A stretch of DNA of 64,000 nt from Oikopleura dioica. Its lineage: Eukaryota; Animalia; Chordata. The notes under the pieces are model-generated. The model was not told the DNA's origin and made no database searches. It saw only the letters and a list, made by a program, of their open reading frames with translations. This document shows, one piece after another, positions 57,636-64,000 of this stretch. The stretch spans positions 12,710,001-12,774,000 of the forward strand of contig OU015567.1 of NCBI GenBank assembly GCA_907165135.1, given 5' to 3'. How positions within the stretch are numbered: the stretch's first letter is position 1; each line of letters opens with the position of its first letter. The translations under genes and the position numbers were made by a program.

Positions 57636-58836
57636 ATGTTCTTCTTGGACGATTTCCTAGAACTTCTGGAGCCGCTGAAGAACCAATTCAAACAAGACAT
57701 CGAGCAAATCGGAAAACTAGACCAAGAAGCCAACAGTTTCAGACGGCAAATGCACGAAAAAGCCGACGATCTCTTCAAACGATGCCAAATCAAGGACAAA
57801 CAAGGCGTCAAAAACATCCAAGAAGATCCTGAAGTCAAGGCCATGCAAAAAGAGTACAACGCTTTTGCAAGCAAGGCTAAAAGTAAGACTGAATCAATAA
57901 CTATCAGTTAACCTCTCAAAATTTTAGGTGCGCATGAAAAGAAGTGCAAGATGATGACGGAAACAATCTCAAAGGTCGACCGCTACGTCAGGCGCTGCGA
58001 CGAAGACCTGGATTTATTCAAAAACGAAATCGAAGCTGAACAGCCGGGCATCACATATCAGCTCGAGCAAAAAGCGACAGACAACACACCAGAGCTCCAG
58101 AGAAAGAATTCCGTCCTCGGCTCTGATTATGAATACGACGAGAAGCAATTCAAGCACACTTCGGTAAGTTTGCCAAGTTTTCGATATGTTTTTATCGACC
58201 TTCAGACACGTAAAAAGACGACATCAGCTAGTCGCGCGCGGCGACCAAGCGATAAGGAAGCTCTAGCCGCGCATCTAGACTCCTCCGCAGCTCCTTCAAT
58301 TCTCCGACAAGCTTCAGTCCCTGAGCGCGGGCGAAAAAACTCGGCCACAAACGTCCGTCTCGATCGCTCGCATTCGGTGGGGGCTCCGCCAATGAAGACG
58401 ATCAGGCTCGACCCGGGAATACCGACGACTTCGGCGATGCCCCACCCGACGGTAGAAGTCGGCGTTGATGGGGTTTCAAGACCGGCGAGGATAAAGAAAC
58501 TCACGCCAAAGGGATCGCAGTACAGGCAGAACTTCAGGTGAGTTTTCTTCTTATTTTTGGAGTCAAGGAAGAGAACCGCCATTAAAATTTTCATTCAGCA
58601 AAAGCGCTCAACTGGACAACGGTTTCCGCGTACCGCTGACCGAAAGCTACAATTCCAGCGCCGCCCAAATCGTGCAACTTCCCTCGACTTCGGCGATGTT
58701 CGTCCAAAACGTGGCGACCGCGAATGCTGAAATAATTGCCGACAACGCGAACTCGAGCACGAGTGAAATCTCTCCCTTCAAAACGCTCCAAATTCATCCA
58801 GGAATGATCCAAAATATCAACAAAGTTCAGGACTAA
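57636..58836 (+). CDS. ING3: Inhibitor-of-growth family protein (ING3-like N-terminus), no PHD finger found
   Basis: MFFLDDFLELLEPL..IEQIGKLD..EKKCKM..KVDRYVRRCDEDLDLFKNEIEAEQPGITYQLE matches the ING N-terminal coil (cf. VDRHLRKLDQELAKFKMELEADNAGIT); the last exon ends at 58836 with no Cys. Confidence 0.75.
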
Positions 58837-59698
58837 CAGAACAACAATAGAAGAAGGTTCAGCTCTCCAAATCTCTCATTCTCTGCTTTTTAGAACATTT
58901 TAGATTAATTTCTACAAAAATGCTTCTTTTTAAAAAGAATCAATATAAAATCATACATTCTCCATTCAATATAAAAAAATATGTAAACAGACAAAAAATA
59001 CATTTACCGCGAAAAAACTGCCCTGGCAACAAATGTAAAATCAATTTCTAAAAAATAACAACACTTGTATCTAAATATCTATTATTCTATATTTCTATTA
59101 CTCAACATTTCTTGCATTCAAATAAGAATCTTTCGATTACAGTCCAAAATCAGGTCAACAAAAAGGAAGTGACTGTAATTTGCATTGCGTGCCGACATTT
59201 TACTAATTATTTTTTTATATTTTGCTTTGTGAAAAATAATCTGAAAAAAGAAAAATTCAAACTATTAAATTTCAAAAATTCGAACAAAACTTGTCTTTCT
59301 TTAAAAAAATTGGGTTCATCAAAAAAGTAATGTTGAAGGACTATCTCTTAGAAACCGTAACTACCGGATAAAACCTCTTCATTCGGGACATGGATCTCTA
59401 GAATCGAAATTATTTTCGCCGGGGTTTGCTCTTCGTAAGTGGCCGAAAGCGCGCGCGTTGATTGGCCACAGACATTTTTAGCCCAAATTTGTCATCGATT
59501 CGAAATTTCGTTCCTTCCACCTATTGAAACCCATAAAGTTTTGGTTCCACCAATCAAAAGTGATGAATCTAGAGAACAAGCAAGATTTTAGAAGAAAGAT
59601 TTTCAATGACTCACCTTTTCAAAAATAGAGATTTTCTTCAGAAGAACTGTGAAATTATCAGTTCAGATTTTAAAATCTGATAAGGGTTATTTTTAGAA

Positions 59699-60644
59699 AT
59701 GCTAGCTCGAAAGGCAATCCAGCGATTGGCTGTCCGAAACGGTGGTGGTGGCCTCAAGGCTGTAAGTATTACTGTTTTTTTGCAGCGTTTTATTAATCAT
59801 TTTTTAACTAAAGAAAGTTTCCTCACTTTTAGAAATTTTCATTATCAAAATCCAACCATTTTTAGGTTCCCACTGAAGACAAGACTGTCGTCGAAGCCCG
59901 AGATGCTCTTTACAAGCAGATTCCCACCGAGCTCCCCGGCACTGGATTCTTCAAGACCCGAGTAAGACACCGTTTACTTTCCCTCTTTTCGAACCCTTTT
60001 CTCTAGCCCGTCTTGACCAACCAGGACCAGATCGACATGTACGGTCCCACTTCCCTCCGAAAGTTGGAATTGGAAGCCATGGAAGCCGGCTTCGATCTTT
60101 TCTCCTCCTACGATGACAACACTCCCTACGTCCAGAAGGGAGAAGGCACCATCGACAACCCCTACATCGTTCCTTCCCGAAACGTCGGACGGTAAGTTTT
60201 TGACTGCTATTTTGCATTTACAGGATATTGAGAAAGCCGCTTGCGGCTTTTGACATTTTAGGAAAAATGTTTTTTTATTGAGCAGAAGCCGCAAGAGACT
60301 TTCCATTCTGAAAAAGCACGTCGTGATAAAAATAATTACGATGCATTTTTTAAATCTTTCTCCTTTTCTCTAACTTCGATTCAAGAGTCGTCATGCTCGA
60401 CGAAACCGATGAAGCTCCAGGTGTCCAGGGAATCGGTATTCCTCGACTTGTCTTCTGGGTCTGGCAGGACGGAGATGGTCACTCCCCCAACGGAATGACC
60501 CGAGATCCTTGGTTCGGTACCTACTGGAAGGTAAGTCCTCCCCTTCATCTCCGCCTCTTCACTTCCCTTTTCTAGCTCGAGAAGTGGGACATGCCCGAGA
60601 TCGAAATCGCCGCCGTCCACTCCCACGGCGAAGCCGTCTATTAA
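59699..60644 (+). CDS. COX5B: Cytochrome c oxidase subunit 5B, divergent
   Basis: Basic presequence, VPT, LELEAMEAGFDLF, GTIDNPYIVPS..R (cf. GTREDPNLVPS..KR), VFWV, GTYWKL; 5 exons, all GT-AG. Confidence 0.8.
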
Positions 60645-60924
60645 ACGCTCTTTGTTTAATAAAACAACTGGAAAGATGTTTCCCTCCTGTTCAAATCCTC
60701 CCTCATCAAAAATTTCCCTTTTTCTCAGCTCTGAAAAACCAATTCTTTGGCGAGCTGATAAGCCCACTATTTATTGGCGGAATTTAGTTTCGCTCCTGAT
60801 TCGAAAATACAAAACAGAATACACTAAGTATAATAAAATTTTCACTTCTAAAGTGGCTGAAGTTTGAGCATCAAAAAAGCTAATTTTATCCACTTTTCTC
60901 TTTGTTTATTCTTCGATCACTAGA

Positions 60925-62684
60925 ATGCCGCAACTGAAGTTGGTGGCGTTGCACGAGTTTCTCGTAGAGCAGGACGCCAGGGTCATTGATGAATTGTACA
61001 GACATCCGGCTACTTGTATGTCGGTTTTTCGAGAGCTTCCCCAAGTCGCCAAGCATATCATTATTCGGGAAAGGATGAAACTCTCAGTTGCCCGAGATAG
61101 GCTTTTGTCTCTTTGCCTCGGAAGTCGACCATTGAAATATCTGTAAAGGGGCCTATTTCCTGATCTTGCCCGTGAGAATCCTCGATAAAGATACTATTCA
61201 TAAACCAGCAAATAGCAAAGCCGCTAATTGAATCGTGGGTAGCAGATGAGCACCGCGAGAAATTCGAAGAAGCGATGGAAATCATCACTGGCTTGAGAAT
61301 TTGGGAGAACACGAATGATGGGATCGCCTACAATCTCAATAACTCCTTCAGAACTCATCTTCAGGAGGCGCTTTTTGGTGGAGGAGAGACTTGGCGTCCG
61401 GCGGTCGAGACTTTAGGGTGAGCTCAATTTCGGAGTTGAAATGTTTTTGACTGTTATGAAATAGGAAAGATAAGAATGCGAAGACAGTGGAGCAGCTCGA
61501 CGCGTACACGAAGGAAAGATGGGACCAGGAAGGATTGAGAGGAATTCTATTATAAATTCCGTTTTGATTGATGCTTTTCTTTTTTAAATCTTCATGAAGA
61601 TTTTGAGCTACTTGACACAGGAGCAGGGAAAATTGTCAGAAGAAGTGATCTCTTTATTGAAATACGCTGGGCTTTGTGATGCAAATGGCGAGAAGCGATT
61701 TCAATTCTTGCTTCTTGATCGATCGAGTCAAGGTTTTAGCCATTGGTTTTATCAGCTGAAATGAGCTTGGTTTAGTTTGGTACTTGCTTGTTCAGTACTT
61801 GGGATATGTACAAAAACTCGGGCTGAGCCTTGTAAATGTGCTTGCATTTGTTCTTCAACTCGGATATTGCAGCTTTGGAACTGACTATCCGTGCGACAAC
61901 TCGAACCAAGAAATATGCCGCGTTATTCAGCACTTTCGAGAGATGGGACTGGTTTTTAAACGAAAGAGCAAAGAAATGGTCGGTCTCAAATCTTTCTTTT
62001 CGAAAACAAGGGTTTTTAAGAGATTTTATCCGACTCGTCTTGCTCAATCGATCAGTATCGCGGGTGGGAAAAAGACTTCATCAGAAGATGTTCAAGAGCA
62101 GTTCATTCTTGTGGAAACAAATTACAGAATTTACGCGTACACAGATTCGGAGCTACATTACGCGCTCATCTCTCTCTTTGCCGACGTTCAATACAGGAAA
62201 GGCTTGTTACCAGCTTTACAGACTGTCTCAAAAAGGATATGCTGATAAGTCGGAATAAGATTCCCATACATGATTGTTGCCCAAATGTCACGTGATTCAA
62301 TCCAGCAATCGGCCGATTATGGAATATCCGCAGAGCAGATTTTGAACTACTTGCGCTCGAGTGCCCACCCTGTGGCCAGGAAAAACAAGCACTGGGTTCC
62401 ACAAGTACGGGCTTCTATAATTTATCTTTCAATAATTTCTTTGTTAGGTTGTATCAGATAACATCCATCTTTGGTGCAAAGAACGCGATCGATTGCAGTT
62501 CAGCGACGGTCTTCTTTATCACCAGTTTTTGGACCAAGAAGCGTTTGAAATGTTGAAGAGTTATGCGCAGGATATCCGGGCGCTAGTTTGGTCGAACGAT
62601 GATCGAAGGTTTATGGTTGTCGCGCCGTGGTCGCATGAGCAAATCAAGGGATACTACAAACAGATCAAAGACGGGATGATGTGA
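60925..62684 (+). CDS. GTF2H4: TFIIH subunit p52
   Basis: LYRHPATCMSVFRELPQVAK, FQFLLLD..QVWY, LSFVLQLG-type segment, HFREMGLVF.RK..RFYPTRLA, FILVETNYRIYAYTDSEL, FPYMIVAQMSRDSIQQ..GISAEQILNYLRSSAHP, LWCKERDRL. Confidence 0.96.
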
Positions 62685-62891
62685 CTCTCTTTTTTCTCTT
62701 TCTTTCTGTACAATTTTAATACGTCATGTGATAATGTGTCGATTTTCCCACTGCCCTGTCTGATCCTCCAGCGACGCTCCTCACTTCCATTGTCGACCAA
62801 GTGTGTTATTTGTCGTTTAACTCGCCATAGGCGTGAATTCGCCATATCCAACACATACGATACCTTTTTAACATCGGCTGTGATATTTAGA

Positions 62892-64000
62892 ATGGCGAAA
62901 GGGCTCGATAAGACAAAATGTTGAAAAAGAGAGAAAATTTATTCATTATTTAAATTTTCATCAACAATGTGGAGCTTTTTAAATTTATAAAAAAGAGGTT
63001 TCTTATTAAATATCAACATTTAGTTTATTTTTTTTAATTTCCCTTTGAAGAGGATGATTATCGAGCCTGATTTAAAGTCGAAGCAAGCGACCTAATCAGA
63101 GATAGTCAAACAGTTTCATGTGAAAAGCTAGCGAATGTAAAAATCACGACAAAAGAGGATGCAGCTCCAATTGTCAAGGCGATTGAGTCCGTCGACAAAC
63201 TCGTCACGCTCAACATCGACGGGATCTCCTTGGGAATCGACGGAGCGGAAGCAATCGCAGATGCGATTTCGAAAACTCCGACGTTGAAAAACTGCGAGTG
63301 GGGCAACTGTTTCAAGGCCAGAATGTTGGAAGAGATTCCTCCAGCGCTGATAAATCTCGCGAAGGGTTTGGACAAGTCTGGCGCTAGAATCAAAAAGTTA
63401 GATCTGTCAGACAACGCTTTTGGTCCAAACGGAGCCCGGGGAGTTAAACCTATTTTGGAAACAGACGCATGTTTGGAAATGGAAGAGCTCTTATTGAACA
63501 ACTGTGGACTTGGAGAGGGAGGAGGCGAAATCGTCGGAGCAGGGCTCGAAATCCTCAATGAAAACATCAGAAAAGCAGGACTTACACCAAAACTGAAAAT
63601 CTTTATCGCTGGACGAAATCGCCAAGAAGTCAAAGGCAGTGCCGCCTTGGCCGTTGGGTTCCAAAAGCTTGGCAGTTTGGAAGAAGTAACAATGCATCAA
63701 AATGGAATCACATGGAAGGGAGCAGCAGCGCTGGCCGAGGCTTTCAAGCACTGCCCTATGAGATTGATAAATTTAAACGACAATATTCTCACTGAAAAAG
63801 GAGCTCACGCCGTCGCCCTTGCTTTGAGACAGATTCCGACTTTGGAAATTCTCGATCTTGGAGATTGTCTTCTTCGTGATAAGGGAGCTCAATCTCTCGC
63901 TGCTGGTCTCAAAAGCTGCCCTAATATCCACACTGTTATTTTTTCATATTCTGCGGTGAGAATCGAAGGAGCTTTGAAAGTTCTCGAAGCTCTTCCGCTT
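62892..64000 (+). CDS. RANGAP1: Ran GTPase-activating protein 1 (LRR domain; runs off the window)
   Basis: Open frame ~63080-64000: EDA..IVKAIE, EIPPAL, LDLSDNAFGPNG, ELLLNNCGLGEGGG, LKIFIAGRNR, LEEV.MHQNGI, INLNDNILTEKGA, LGDCLLRDKGA. The first exon is tentative. Confidence 0.93.

Noticed and set aside
59112-59330. ICIAC motif as a possible missing ING PHD exon
   Set aside because: Only two Cys in AT-rich sequence; no C4HC3 spacing.
61979-62020. 14-residue insertion in GTF2H4 ORF 61784-62245
   Set aside because: It is a canonical 42-nt GT-AG intron that happens to be in frame and stop-free.
63106-63751. Minus-strand ORFs of 175 and 86 aa
   Set aside because: Antisense shadows of RANGAP1; the same applies to many track ORFs opposite TAF3, ATG7, NIN and FAHD2A.

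Overview
Eukaryotic, very compact, AT-rich animal genomic DNA. Introns are mostly ~40-70 nt, co-oriented genes are packed with short spacers, AG often lies just before the ATG, and several GA-AG introns occur. This fits the appendicularian tunicate Oikopleura (inference, not proven). The ORF track only shows exon fragments, so gene models were rebuilt by hand from splice sites and remembered homology. Plus strand, in order: unknown gene (3' end), ZNF207, CHERP, TAF3, SMAD4, KDM6, CCZ1, WDR83, ILRUN, a PH-domain gene, a GT31 glycosyltransferase, a small secreted peptide, a Thr-rich/kelch secreted protein, TMEM30A, CCDC74/92-like, FAHD2A, DCTN3, TTLL1, ING3-like, COX5B, GTF2H4 and RANGAP1 (runs off the end). 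Minus strand: a hidden 95-aa six-cysteine secreted peptide, an orphan gene nested in a SMAD4 intron, ATG7 nested in a KDM6 intron, ninein-like, and a four-TM protein. Four non-autonomous hAT-type elements have exact 8-bp TSDs. One rewrites the ninein stop codon, one duplicates a 5' splice site, and one carries a nested MITE. A perfect 63-bp-arm hairpin sits in a SMAD4 intron. Domain-loss candidates: COX5B with no cysteine (no Zn site), ING with no PHD finger, CHERP with no RS/G-patch, KDM6 with no TPRs. No rRNA, tRNA, CRISPR or transposase gene was recognised. Homology calls are from memory of family motifs; no searches were run.
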